The notes beneath the pieces were generated by a model. The model ran no database searches. It saw only the letters and a program-made list of their open reading frames with translations, and had not been told where the DNA came from. From an uncultured Rhizobium sp. (GTDB taxonomy: Bacteria; Bacteroidota; Bacteroidia; NS11-12g; UBA955): a DNA stretch of 64,000 bases. The translations under genes were made by a program, and so were the position numbers. This document shows, piece after piece, positions 17,428 to 27,074 of this stretch. The stretch is from contig CAYPBJ010000007.1 in assembly GCA_964408945.1 (NCBI GenBank), positions 8,684 to 72,683 on the forward strand, given 5' to 3'. How positions within the stretch are numbered: position 1 is the first letter of the stretch; each line of letters begins with the position of its first letter.

Positions 17428-18045
17428 ATGGCAAGCATTTTGATGTATAAAGAAATCGTTATGGCAAGCAAAAAATCCACCGAAAAAGAAAAAGAGCAAT
17501 CTCAACAACCTGAAAATATGACTGAACATACAGTCAACCAAGAACAAGTAGAAAACAATGAATCAGTTGTCGATTCAATCAACCCTGAAGATGTTGCAGG
17601 CGATGGCACAAATGATGCCGAAAGCATTCAATCTGAAAAGGAAAAATATTTAAGGTTATACAGCGAGTTTGAAAACTTCCGCAGAAGAACTACAAAAGAG
17701 CGTTTGGAATGGATGCAAAATGCCAGCAAAGATATGATTGAAGCGGTTTTGCCAGTGGTAGATGATATGGAAAGAGCGTTGAATGCTCTTAAAAATTCTG
17801 GAGATTCAACGGCGTCTGAAGGGATGGAATTGATCTTCAAAAAATTGTATGGAATTTTAGAGCGTAAAGGGTTGAAACCTATGAACGCCAAAGGCGAAGA
17901 TTTTAATCCTGATTTACATGAGGCAGTTACTCAATTTGCGGCTCCTTCACCTGAACTAGTTGGCAAAGTAATTGATGAGGTAGAAAAAGGTTATTTTTTA
18001 AATGATAAAGTACTGAGATTTGCCAAAGTTGTAGTTGGTAACTAA
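17428..18045 (+). CDS. grpE: Nucleotide exchange factor GrpE
   Basis: [18 protein letters not shown] and a GrpE-type C-terminus. Start is uncertain (ATG 17428, 17443 or 17461). Confidence 0.9.
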   Translation: MASILMYKEIVMASKKSTEKEKEQSQQPENMTEHTVNQEQVENNESVVDSINPEDVAGDGTNDAESIQSEKEKYLRLYSEFENFRRRTTKERLEWMQNASKDMIEAVLPVVDDMERALNALKNSGDSTASEGMELIFKKLYGILERKGLKPMNAKGEDFNPDLHEAVTQFAAPSPELVGKVIDEVEKGYFLNDKVLRFAKVVVGN

Positions 18046-18050
18046 TATAT

Positions 18051-19166
18051 ATGAGTAAAAGAGATTATTACGATATACTGGGCGTGCCCAAGTCGGCTTC
18101 CGCTGATGAGCTGAAGAAAGCATACCGAAAATTAGCAATCAAATTTCACCCAGATAAAAATCCGGGCGATAAAGAAGCAGAAGAAAAATTCAAAGAAGCT
18201 GCTGAAGCATATGATGTGTTAAGCAATCCAGAAAAGAAAAGCAGGTACGATCAGTTTGGTCATGCTGGAATGGGTGGCGCTGGCGGATTTGGCGGCGGTG
18301 GATTCAGCATGGATGACATCTTCAGTCAGTTTGGAGATGTGTTTGGTGATGATAGTATCTTTGGTTCTTTCTTCGGTGGTGGAGGACGCGGAAGAGGTGG
18401 TTCAAGAAGAACTGTTGGTTCTAACATAAGAATAAAAATGAAACTCACCCTTTCAGAAATGAAGAATGGGGTAGAGAAGAAGGTTAAATACCGCAGAATG
18501 GTTGCCGCAGAAGGTGTAAAATTTGGCACTTGTAGGCATTGCAACGGTAGCGGCGTTGTAAAGCAAGTAACCAATACTTTCCTAGGACAAATGGCTACTC
18601 AAAGTGCTTGTCCCGTTTGTCAAGGAATGGGTAAGGTCATTGAGAGTAAACCAGCCGATGCCAATGAACACGGACTCATAGCTAAAGAATTTGAAACCAG
18701 TATCAAAATACCGGGAGGGGTTGCAGAAGGCATGCAGCTCAACGTGAATGGCAAAGGAAATGACGGTCCGGGAGGCGGATCACCCGGTGATTTGATTGTA
18801 TTGATTGAAGAAATTGCTCACGAAGAATTATCGAGAGAAGGCAATAACGTTCATTACAATTTATGGTTGAGTTTTCCGGAGGCTGCAATGGGATCAAACG
18901 TAGAAGTTCCAACCCTAGACGGCAAAGCAAAAATTAAAATAGATGCAGGAACCCAGCCGGGTAAGGTTCTCCGTTTAAAAGGCAAAGGATTTCCGGAAAT
19001 AAACGGATATGGAACTGGTGATCAATTGGTAATTGTTAATATTTATGTACCAACTAAGTTGTCAGCTGAGGAAAAGGAGTTGTTAAATCAACTTCAAGAA
19101 AGCAAGAATTTTAGACCTGATCAGAAGGAAAAATCATTCTTTGATAGAATGAGAGACTTTTTCTAA
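18051..19166 (+). CDS. dnaJ: Molecular chaperone DnaJ
   Basis: J domain with HPD (KFHPDKNP), a G/F-rich region, and zinc-finger repeats CRHCNGSG and CPVCQGMG. Confidence 0.95.
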   Translation: MSKRDYYDILGVPKSASADELKKAYRKLAIKFHPDKNPGDKEAEEKFKEAAEAYDVLSNPEKKSRYDQFGHAGMGGAGGFGGGGFSMDDIFSQFGDVFGDDSIFGSFFGGGGRGRGGSRRTVGSNIRIKMKLTLSEMKNGVEKKVKYRRMVAAEGVKFGTCRHCNGSGVVKQVTNTFLGQMATQSACPVCQGMGKVIESKPADANEHGLIAKEFETSIKIPGGVAEGMQLNVNGKGNDGPGGGSPGDLIVLIEEIAHEELSREGNNVHYNLWLSFPEAAMGSNVEVPTLDGKAKIKIDAGTQPGKVLRLKGKGFPEINGYGTGDQLVIVNIYVPTKLSAEEKELLNQLQESKNFRPDQKEKSFFDRMRDFF

Positions 19167-19188
19167 ATTTTATCGCATTTTTGCTGCG

Positions 19189-21459
19189 ATGAATTCTATC
19201 AGCAAGGTTATTGCTTTATTCCTGTTTTTCGGTGCCATTCATGATTTGACTTTTGCTCAATCTAATGGTTCATCCAATATTGATTTTAATAATTATCAGC
19301 CTATTTATTGTTCTGGAGAAGTTCCGTATAATCTCAAGAAATTATCTAGTGCAAAAGCTCAAGAGGAAGTGCGAAGAATTAGATCTTCCAAGTCTTCGGG
19401 TAGGGATCGAAAGCGCGAATTGGAATTTGCCATTCAATCTAATTTCTTGGAAGATCAAATTTTAACTTCAGGGCAAATTCTCTATGGTGATCCAATGACG
19501 AATTACATAGAAAAGGTGGGCCTAAAAGTGTTAGCTTCTAAGCCTGAATTACAAAGCCAAGTTCAATTTTTCGTGCTTCGTTCTCATGTACCAAATGCTT
19601 ATGTAACTCATCATGGGCTGGTTTTTGTGAGTTTAGGATTATTAGCTAGATTGGATAACGAAGCTCAGTTAGCCGTAATACTTGCTCACGAGTTGCAGCA
19701 TTATATATTGAAACACTCCTTGATTGCATACAAAGAAGCTAAATATGTAAGTGGTTATTCTCGAGGGTCTGATTTAGACGAAAGAATCAAAGCATTTTAC
19801 AAATTCAACGTTGGGCAAGAAGAGGAGGCTGACAAAAAGGGTTTTGAAATGTTGAGTCAAACAGAATATGACTTTTCTGAAGGGATCAATGTGTTCGAAA
19901 ATTTAAAGTACCAAGACCATCCATTTTTAGAAGCTCAATGGAGCATAGACTCCTTTGAAACCAGATATTACCGTTTTCCTGAAAAACTAAAATTAAGTGT
20001 AACTTCACTTTTAGAGGAAGCTGAAAAAAAGGATAGAAAACGTATGGAAGAAGAGCTAAACGATGCATATTCTTCTCATCCCAACCTCGATAAAAGAATC
20101 ATGGCATTGCAGGGTGACGTTAAAAGCGTAAATCTTTCTGGAAAAAAGAAATTTCTATTTTCTAAGGAAGAATTTGAATTGGTTCGCAGAATATCGCGTT
20201 ATGAACTTATTCTACTTTATGTGCGCCGAGGTGATCACGGTCGGTCGTTATATTTGACCCGTGTTTTTGAATTGTTGTACGGTCCATCACCTTTTATCTC
20301 TAGGGTAAAAGCTATGAATGCCTACGCTTTGGCAGAACATAGATGGAAACTTAAAGATTTAAATGCCTACGGTTGTTCAGTGTTAGATAATAGAGGCGGT
20401 TGGCGCCCTTTGAGTGCAGCACTCCTTAAGTTAGATGCAAAAGAGTTGAATTCATTGGCTTTAAAAGTGGTTTTAGAAGAAAAACTACGTTATCCTTCTG
20501 ATGTTTTCATTGATCAACTGGGTGCAAAGTTGTTAAATATCACCCAATCCATTGGGGTGATAAACCTTGATGAATACCTGAAATTCAGTCTTGACTCATC
20601 TATTAAAAGCGAAGTTCAGCTAACAACGGGTGGTGGACTAGTTAAGCCAGGTCAAATTTCCAGTAATCCTGGTGTGAAACCATATCATTATGGCTCTATT
20701 TATCATCTTCTTAAACAAAAGAATATTGCCAATTATGTAGATATCAATAGAATAACCTCTAACTCTCAGAATGCATCACCGCGCAAAGGGTTTCGTGAAA
20801 GAATGGCGGAGTTAGATCAAGTGAACCGCAAGAGATATCAAAAAAGCCTCAACGAATCACAGAAAATTTTTGTACTTCAACCCAACTTCAGTTACTATTC
20901 TTCCAGCTTTGGTGGTGTAAATAAGCGAAATTATTTTGGCGAAGAAACCAAGAAAATTGAATTGTTGAAATCTTGGAATTGGGTTATCAGAAACTCCCAA
21001 ATACCAGCCGAAATCGTTGAAAATATCGCCCGAGAGGGCTACAAAACCGAACAATTGGTTAAATACAGTCAACTCAACGATTGGCTAACTGAGCGATTGA
21101 ACAATGATACTCAAGAAATGATTTTGTTTTACTCTCAATTTGTCGATCAGTTTACAGAGACCCAAAAGGAACCCTTAATTTGTTGGGAAGGGTATGAATA
21201 TAAATCTACTAAACGCCCTTTCTTAATCAATGATTTTCTTTACGCACTGATGTTCCCCATTTATACCCCCATTTATTTGTACAGTCAATTTAAAATAGAT
21301 TACTACACCGAAGAAACAACGGTGGTTTATAATATGCGCACTTCACGATCAGTGATGAATCGGGTTAAACGCAAGAATTACCGTATGATTGATGATTATA
21401 ACAAGGCCCAAATTTATGAGACACTTTATGAAATTTCACATTTACCAAGCAATCGTTAA
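19189..21459 (+). CDS. M48-family zinc metallopeptidase with long C-terminal extension
   Basis: Signal peptide. HELQHY (HExxH) with a downstream EEEADKKG Glu ligand region. Confidence 0.7.
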   Translation: MNSISKVIALFLFFGAIHDLTFAQSNGSSNIDFNNYQPIYCSGEVPYNLKKLSSAKAQEEVRRIRSSKSSGRDRKRELEFAIQSNFLEDQILTSGQILYGDPMTNYIEKVGLKVLASKPELQSQVQFFVLRSHVPNAYVTHHGLVFVSLGLLARLDNEAQLAVILAHELQHYILKHSLIAYKEAKYVSGYSRGSDLDERIKAFYKFNVGQEEEADKKGFEMLSQTEYDFSEGINVFENLKYQDHPFLEAQWSIDSFETRYYRFPEKLKLSVTSLLEEAEKKDRKRMEEELNDAYSSHPNLDKRIMALQGDVKSVNLSGKKKFLFSKEEFELVRRISRYELILLYVRRGDHGRSLYLTRVFELLYGPSPFISRVKAMNAYALAEHRWKLKDLNAYGCSVLDNRGGWRPLSAALLKLDAKELNSLALKVVLEEKLRYPSDVFIDQLGAKLLNITQSIGVINLDEYLKFSLDSSIKSEVQLTTGGGLVKPGQISSNPGVKPYHYGSIYHLLKQKNIANYVDINRITSNSQNASPRKGFRERMAELDQVNRKRYQKSLNESQKIFVLQPNFSYYSSSFGGVNKRNYFGEETKKIELLKSWNWVIRNSQIPAEIVENIAREGYKTEQLVKYSQLNDWLTERLNNDTQEMILFYSQFVDQFTETQKEPLICWEGYEYKSTKRPFLINDFLYALMFPIYTPIYLYSQFKIDYYTEETTVVYNMRTSRSVMNRVKRKNYRMIDDYNKAQIYETLYEISHLPSNR

Positions 21460-22213
21460 GCGCTTCATTTTATTGGGCACTTTGTGTGGGATGTTTTTCG
21501 CTCCCGCGGATATTTTTTCTCAGTCTAACCCCGGATTTTTAGGCGCCCGACACGGATTATCTGTAGGATATAGTTTGCATACAGGAGGTCTGCTCCGCGC
21601 AATGGTAGGAAATGGCAATGAAACCACTAAGTTATTAAATTCGGGTTTTAGGGTGGATTATGAAATGGCTAAAAGTCAAGGATTCGCTTGGCTCTTTAGC
21701 TATCGTAATCGGAGCGACGTTGTAGAAAGCGATAATTATGGTGGGGTTTATTATGTTGAATCAACAGGAGGCATCCAACTAATCAGTTTTGAATCGGGGT
21801 CGTTAAATTACTCTGTAAATGAGTTCGCTGCCGAAGCGCGATTCTACAGCGAACGAAAAGGAGCAGTGGCCCCTTTTGGGTCTTATGTAGGTTTAGAATT
21901 GAGTGCATCAAACTGTTCACCAACGAGCGAAGACGTTGTTTGGACAGCTGGTATGAATTTTCCAAAATATTCTGGCAGTTTAACTTCTATCGCTACATCT
22001 TTGAACTTTGGGGTAAAGCGCATGATCACTAAGGAAATAGGAATCAATGCTCATTACGGTTTTGGCTTCACCGTATATCAAACGGGAAATGTCAAATTGG
22101 GTTCAGAAGATGTGGCTACCAACTCAAAAGATTTTTACGACTACGCAATTGCTCGCCGAGAGTTAAATGCCAAGCTGCTGCAAGGCTCAATTTCTGTGAG
22201 TTATTTGTTTTAA
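21428..22213 (+). CDS. Hypothetical outer-membrane/secreted protein
   Basis: Signal-like MKFHIYQAIVKRFILLGTLCGMFFAPADIFSQ. Start uncertain (21389, 21416 or 21428). Overlaps the upstream gene. Confidence 0.5.
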   Translation: MKFHIYQAIVKRFILLGTLCGMFFAPADIFSQSNPGFLGARHGLSVGYSLHTGGLLRAMVGNGNETTKLLNSGFRVDYEMAKSQGFAWLFSYRNRSDVVESDNYGGVYYVESTGGIQLISFESGSLNYSVNEFAAEARFYSERKGAVAPFGSYVGLELSASNCSPTSEDVVWTAGMNFPKYSGSLTSIATSLNFGVKRMITKEIGINAHYGFGFTVYQTGNVKLGSEDVATNSKDFYDYAIARRELNAKLLQGSISVSYLF

Positions 22214-22216
22214 TAT

Positions 22217-22342
22217 CTGGTACATGGTACATGGTACATGGTAGCAGGTCGAGGGACCAAATACCTGTGACCTGTGACCCGCTACCAACTACCCGCTACC
22301 AACTACCAACTACCAGCTACCAACTACCAACTACCAACTACT
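22217..22342. repeat. Heptanucleotide-register array C (18 units)
   Basis: ctggtac atggtac x2 atggtag caggtcg agggacc aaatacc tgtgacc x2 cgctacc aactacc cgctacc aactacc x2 agctacc aactacc x2 aactact. No phase slip. Fills the convergent spacer. Confidence 0.9.
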
Positions 22343-23162
22343 ATGGAAATTTAGGGTATTTTTGGAAGTCTGGTTTGCGCTTTTCTAAGAATGCGTGTTT
22401 GCCTTCTTGAGCTTCTTCGGTGAGATAATAAAGTAGGGTTGCGTCACCGGCGAGTTCCATGAGTCCATGTTGACCGTCTAATTCAGCATTGAAAGAGCGT
22501 TTGAGCATTCTGATGGCCATTGGACTGCGTTCCATGATGGTGTTGCACCAATCTACGGTTTCATCTTCGAGTTGGGCGAGCGGTACTACTTTATTGACAA
22601 GTCCCATTTTCTCGCATTCGTCTGCTGTGTATTGTCTGCACAAGAACCATATTTCACGGGCTTTCTTTTGTCCAACGTGGCGAGCAAGATAACTGCTTCC
22701 AAATCCGCCGTCAAAACTTCCCACTTTAGGGCCAGTTTGGCCAAATTTAGCATGGTCAGCGGCAATGGTTAGGTCACAAACTACGTGAAGAACATGTCCT
22801 CCGCCAATAGCATACCCATTCACCATGGCAATCACGGGTTTTGGTAGAGATCTGATTTTCTTGTGCAAATCAAGAACGTTTAGACGTGGAATTCCAGAAT
22901 CATCAACGTAACCACCAATGCCTTTTACGTTTTGGTCACCGCCAGAGCAAAATGCCTTGTCTCCAATTCCGGTAAGAATTACCACTGAGATTTGTTGGTT
23001 TTCGCGGCAATGATCCATAGCATCAAGCATATCGGTTACGGTTTGAGGACGAAATGCATTGTAAACTTCGGGACGATTGATGGTTATTTTGGCAATTCCT
23101 TCATGGAATTGAAATAGGATGTCAGAATAGTCTTTGATGGTTTCCCAATTTCTTTGGCTCAT
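22341..23162 (-). CDS. menB: 1,4-dihydroxy-2-naphthoyl-CoA synthase
   Basis: Crotonase fold with a typical MenB N-terminus ([28 protein letters not shown]) and GGDQ/GGG motifs. Confidence 0.9.
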   Translation of the reverse strand: MSQRNWETIKDYSDILFQFHEGIAKITINRPEVYNAFRPQTVTDMLDAMDHCRENQQISVVILTGIGDKAFCSGGDQNVKGIGGYVDDSGIPRLNVLDLHKKIRSLPKPVIAMVNGYAIGGGHVLHVVCDLTIAADHAKFGQTGPKVGSFDGGFGSSYLARHVGQKKAREIWFLCRQYTADECEKMGLVNKVVPLAQLEDETVDWCNTIMERSPMAIRMLKRSFNAELDGQHGLMELAGDATLLYYLTEEAQEGKHAFLEKRKPDFQKYPKFP

Positions 23163-23166
23163 GGTG

Positions 23167-23174
23167 CAAATTTA
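23167..23174 (-). promoter_or_regulatory. -7 box TAAATTTG, 4 nt upstream of the menB ATG
   Basis: Perfect TAnnTTTG match on the reverse strand. Confidence 0.45.
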
Positions 23175-23206
23175 CAATTAGAAGTTGAACCAATTGTTGA
23201 GATTTA

Positions 23207-24349
23207 TCAATCCAAATTTAGAGCAACCCCAATAACCATATTCTTTTGATAATCTGCACCTTGATTGGGTTTGAATAAGGAAGTTAGGGCATATTTTGCA
23301 AATATGGCTATGTCTTCATATTGGAAATGAATGGTGGGTTGAACCACAAAGTCATTGAGATTGAAATCATCAAAGACTTTGTTGGTTTGGTCGTTGTTAT
23401 GAACAATTTTAGTATGTGCACGCACCAAATAACCCGCTTCAATACCCAAGTTTAATTTGAATCTGTAATTATCATTGGCTTTGTCTTGGAATCCAATGGA
23501 GATGGGAATTCCTATGTAATTGGATACCAATTTTGATTTCTTTTGTGGTACTAGGGCAAATTGAGATTCAAATTCTGGGGCATTGGGTGTCAGAGTTACT
23601 TGTGAATTGCTGAAGCGGTAATTATTGATTGAGTATGATAAGCCATACCAAAATCTGATTTTCCCTCTGAATAAATTGAGCCCCCAATTCTGGTCAATGC
23701 AGAAATTTAAACTTTTCCCGTTTTGGAGTTCTGTCATTTCATAGGGTCTCAATACTGTGGTTGTAGGACCTTGTAGAGGCTGAAGCATTAAGTGTCCGCC
23801 ATGCAATCGAAAGTTGGTAATCACCAATTCTGGTTTTCTTTTGCGGTGATTTCTTAATGACTTTGAATCTTCATCACTCCATTCAAAATTGTCGTTAAAC
23901 TCAAATTCAAATTCTTTAGGCGCTTCTGTTGAATCAAAAGCGGCTGGATCAATTGCAATTGGATCAATTTCATCATCCAGTTGGGCTTCCGCTGATGTTT
24001 CTTCTAATTCAAAAATTCGCGAAGTTGAACGATCGCCTTTTTTACGAACTTTGAGTTTAACAACAGTTGAATCTTGATTTTTCAAAATGTTGACATCCAA
24101 ATTAAAAAGATCCTCTAAACCAGAAATGGCTGGTGGTGGAATTTCAATGTTTGGGTTGTCTGATTTTGTTAAAATTTGGATTGTGTCAGCCCAAGCTTTT
24201 AGAGCTTCAGCATTTTTCTTCCAGTACAAAGATGAACTGTAGGTAGTATCCGTATAAAAGATGATTTTATGGGATTTTTGCTGGCCTAAAACAGGCTTAA
24301 GCGAAAAGAGGGCTCCAATCAGAATGATGATATGATGTATGTTTTTCAT
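23207..24349 (-). CDS. Outer-membrane beta-barrel protein with acidic N-terminal region
   Basis: Signal peptide. D/E-rich segment (EFEFEFNDNFEWSDEDSK). The C-terminal half looks like a PorT/OmpA-like beta-barrel. Third gene of the ECF sigma operon. Confidence 0.55.
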   Translation of the reverse strand: MKNIHHIIILIGALFSLKPVLGQQKSHKIIFYTDTTYSSSLYWKKNAEALKAWADTIQILTKSDNPNIEIPPPAISGLEDLFNLDVNILKNQDSTVVKLKVRKKGDRSTSRIFELEETSAEAQLDDEIDPIAIDPAAFDSTEAPKEFEFEFNDNFEWSDEDSKSLRNHRKRKPELVITNFRLHGGHLMLQPLQGPTTTVLRPYEMTELQNGKSLNFCIDQNWGLNLFRGKIRFWYGLSYSINNYRFSNSQVTLTPNAPEFESQFALVPQKKSKLVSNYIGIPISIGFQDKANDNYRFKLNLGIEAGYLVRAHTKIVHNNDQTNKVFDDFNLNDFVVQPTIHFQYEDIAIFAKYALTSLFKPNQGADYQKNMVIGVALNLD

Positions 24350-24351
24350 AA

Positions 24352-25200
24352 TTATTGAATTAAAGTAGTTTGAATGAATCGGGTATTGGTTCCTAGGCGC
24401 ATGTCTACTTGCGGAATCAAATGGTTTTGTCTTTTCCTAGGTAGCAACTGCATTTTGGGTAATCTTCCATAGCGAAGGTTTTGGGCAACGTCTAATAGAA
24501 ACTCAGTTTGATCTGCCTCCGTAAGTTCAGTTTCGTCGTCTTCAAAACCAGTATATACAATTTGAATTTCTGGTTCAGAATTCACTTTTGCAAATTCAGA
24601 ATGGGTATTTGTGCTGGGGGACGTAAAATCCTGAGAAGCATCATCTATGATGGGAATAACCCTAAATGGTTTGTTTTTAGATGCATCAACCTTTGCAATT
24701 AGAGTTGAAGCTTCAGCAGTGGTAAGTGCTTGACTATCTTTTTGATGTTGAAGGATATAGGCGTTTATTTCTGAGTTCGCTAGTGGTTTGACTCTTGTGG
24801 TTGAAGCAATTTTTAAAGTTGACTCGGTCTGCAAGGGTTTGTTTTCTGAAACGGTTAACAGGGATTTTGAAGGGAGAGCATTGTTAGTTGCATGGGGAGA
24901 TTCATAATTGGTGAAGATGAATAGGGCAATGGCAGCAGCGGAGCTCAAAATCAAGGTTAAATTTCTCCAGACTTTAAAATTTACTGCAGAAGTTTTTAGA
25001 AGTATTGATTTGTTGGGGTATTCGGCTGGTTCTGGTTTTAGATAGGTTAGGCTTAATTCGCGATAAAAAGAATGGTAATTTGCATTTGACTCAATGATTT
25101 TGAGTGTTTGTTCGCTTTCTTTTTCGGAAAGATTGCCTTCCAAAAGTTCGAAAATTTGCCATTGAATTTCTTCGGGGATGTGGTTCTGTGTGTTCATCAT
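24352..25200 (-). CDS. Putative anti-sigma factor (single-pass membrane protein)
   Basis: ATGA overlap with the ECF sigma gene. N-terminal cytoplasmic segment, one TM (LTLILSSAAAIALFIF), and a periplasmic S/T-rich region. Confidence 0.55.
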   Translation of the reverse strand: MMNTQNHIPEEIQWQIFELLEGNLSEKESEQTLKIIESNANYHSFYRELSLTYLKPEPAEYPNKSILLKTSAVNFKVWRNLTLILSSAAAIALFIFTNYESPHATNNALPSKSLLTVSENKPLQTESTLKIASTTRVKPLANSEINAYILQHQKDSQALTTAEASTLIAKVDASKNKPFRVIPIIDDASQDFTSPSTNTHSEFAKVNSEPEIQIVYTGFEDDETELTEADQTEFLLDVAQNLRYGRLPKMQLLPRKRQNHLIPQVDMRLGTNTRFIQTTLIQ

Positions 25201-25685
25201 AGGTAGTCCTCCATGCTTCCTAGGTGTTCTTGTAGTTGTTTTCTTCCTCTGAAAATATTGATTTTTACTTGGGCCTCCGTGATACTCAAAATATCTCCGA
25301 TTTCCTGATAACTATATCCTTCATAATCTCTGAGCAATATCACGTTGCGCTGAATGTCGGAGAGTTTGGAAAGAGCACGCTCAAGAACGCGCTTTAAGTC
25401 TTTGAAGTCCGCCCCCTCCGATGATGGTTCCTTGAATTTTGTTGTTTCCATATCTGCTTCTTTACGCTGTTTTCGAATCATATCGATGGTGAAGTTATAC
25501 GCCACACGGAAGAGAAAAGCTTTGCTCTTCTCTGGGTCAACGGTATTCCTGTTAATCCATAATCTTTCGAATGCAGTTTGGACAATTTCTTGGGCATCTT
25601 CAGCGACTTTGATATTTTTGAGAGCAAATCGATAAAGAGCATCGCTATGTGCTTCCACAATACGGTTGAACTCTTTATAATCCAT
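25197..25685 (-). CDS. ECF-type RNA polymerase sigma-70 factor
   Basis: 162 aa. Region 2 (FRVAYNFTIDMIRK) and region 4 (YEGYSYQEIGDILSITEAQVKINIFRGRK). Confidence 0.9.
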   Translation of the reverse strand: MDYKEFNRIVEAHSDALYRFALKNIKVAEDAQEIVQTAFERLWINRNTVDPEKSKAFLFRVAYNFTIDMIRKQRKEADMETTKFKEPSSEGADFKDLKRVLERALSKLSDIQRNVILLRDYEGYSYQEIGDILSITEAQVKINIFRGRKQLQEHLGSMEDYL

Positions 25686-25697
25686 TCTCTTTTATAA

Positions 25698-25724
25698 AAC
25701 GATTGGCTAGGTCGATTAGTTACA
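25698..25724 (-). promoter_or_regulatory. Candidate ECF-type autoregulatory promoter TGTAAC-N17-CGTT
   Basis: Reverse strand reads tGTAACtaatcgacctagccaatCGTTttataaaagagaATG. This resembles AAC/CGT-type ECF promoters. There is no TAnnTTTG box upstream of this gene. Confidence 0.25.
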
Positions 25725-25725
25725 A

Positions 25726-25733
25726 TAACTTTG
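25726..25733 (+). promoter_or_regulatory. -7 box TAACTTTG, 6 nt upstream of ATG 25740
   Basis: Perfect TAnnTTTG match. Confidence 0.45.
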
Positions 25734-25739
25734 AAGAAA

Positions 25740-26480
25740 ATGAACACGGAACAGAAACAATGGTTCGAATCTTGGTTTGATACAGCGTATTATCATGCTT
25801 TGTATCAACACCGAAATGACGAAGAGGCCCGTATGTTTATTGCTACCATGGTCATGTATCTAAAGTTACAACCGCATCAACGTGTGTTAGATGTGGCCTG
25901 TGGCAAAGGTAGGCACAGCAGGGTGTTGCATGAGCACGGACTGAAAGTTCTAGGATTTGATCTATCAGAGAACAGCATAAATGAAGCCAATATTTATTCT
26001 TCAGATGAACTTCAATTCAAGGTTCACGATATGCGTGAGCCCTTAAACGAAAGTCTATTCGATGCTGCACTCAATCTTTTTACCAGTTTCGGATATTTCG
26101 ATAGAAGCGAGCACGATTTGATTAGCCTCCGAAATATCTATAATTCCTTGTCTGATGGTGGGCATTTTGTGCAAGATTATTTGAATGCTGAACCTGTACT
26201 GAAGGAACTTCCATCGAAAGGAAACACAGAAATTGGAGGGGTGCATTACTCATGGACCAAGCATTTTCATCAAGGGCAGATAATTAAAGATATTGAAGTA
26301 AAGGACGGCGGAAAGATTCTCAATTTTCAAGAAAAAGTAAAAGCCTATTCTTTAGATGAATTGAAATTTTTACACGAACAGGCGGGCTTTGAGGTTCAAC
26401 AAATATTCGGTAACTATAACTTGGATAATTTTGATCCAGTAACTTCACCCAGATTGATATTGATATCTCAAAAAAAATAA
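25740..26480 (+). CDS. Class I SAM-dependent methyltransferase
   Basis: Motif I VLDVACGKGRHS. ATG 25740 preferred over TTG 25731. Confidence 0.8.
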   Translation: MNTEQKQWFESWFDTAYYHALYQHRNDEEARMFIATMVMYLKLQPHQRVLDVACGKGRHSRVLHEHGLKVLGFDLSENSINEANIYSSDELQFKVHDMREPLNESLFDAALNLFTSFGYFDRSEHDLISLRNIYNSLSDGGHFVQDYLNAEPVLKELPSKGNTEIGGVHYSWTKHFHQGQIIKDIEVKDGGKILNFQEKVKAYSLDELKFLHEQAGFEVQQIFGNYNLDNFDPVTSPRLILISQKK

Positions 26481-26484
26481 GGGC

Positions 26485-27057
26485 ATGCTTGATTTTCTAC
26501 AGAGTATAGATGAGCAGATTTTTATTAAGATAAATCAAGATTGGGCCTGTCAGTGGATGGATCCCATAATGATTATTTTGAGTTCAAGTAAAACATTCAT
26601 TTTTTTGTACGTTTGGGCACTCATCGCTGCCATAAGAAAATTTAAAAAACGCGCTCTGATTCCCATTGCCGCCATGATTTTGAGCTTTGGTTTGGCCGAT
26701 TCAATAAGTTCTAGGGTGCTTAAGCCCACATTCAAAAGGGTTCGTCCAGCCTTTGAAGAGCATTTGCATGCCCGTTTTCCTGATGGTCAAGGGCATAATA
26801 GTTATGGATTTGTAAGCAGTCATTCAGCGAACTCTTTTGCCCTATATCCGTTGATTATTTTAATTTTGGTGGAAGAGGTAAAGTGGAGAAAGCCTTTGTT
26901 TTTCTTGATGATTTTTACCGCTGCAGCAATTGCTTATTCAAGAGTGTATTTAGGAAGGCATTATTTTGGGGATGTTTTTTTCGGGGGACTTTTGGGCGCT
27001 TTAATTGGATGGGGAATTTGGACCATTTATAAACGGTATTTTCTACCCAAGTTATAA
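26485..27057 (+). CDS. PAP2-family phosphatase
   Basis: PAP2 motifs KPTFKRVRP, SSHSAN and SRVYLGRHYFGDV. Membrane protein. Confidence 0.85.
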   Translation: MLDFLQSIDEQIFIKINQDWACQWMDPIMIILSSSKTFIFLYVWALIAAIRKFKKRALIPIAAMILSFGLADSISSRVLKPTFKRVRPAFEEHLHARFPDGQGHNSYGFVSSHSANSFALYPLIILILVEEVKWRKPLFFLMIFTAAAIAYSRVYLGRHYFGDVFFGGLLGALIGWGIWTIYKRYFLPKL

Positions 27058-27062
27058 TCTTG

Positions 27063-27070
27063 TACTTTTG
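27063..27070 (+). promoter_or_regulatory. -7 box TACTTTTG, 4 nt upstream of ATG 27075
   Basis: Perfect TAnnTTTG match. Confidence 0.45.
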
Positions 27071-27074
27071 TGGC

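Noticed and set aside
19176-19183. CATTTTTG upstream of the M48 peptidase gene, and TTACTTTG upstream of adk (28984..28991), as -7 boxes
   Set aside because: Both deviate from TAnnTTTG at the TA dinucleotide. They may be weak promoters, but I did not count them in the leaderless set.
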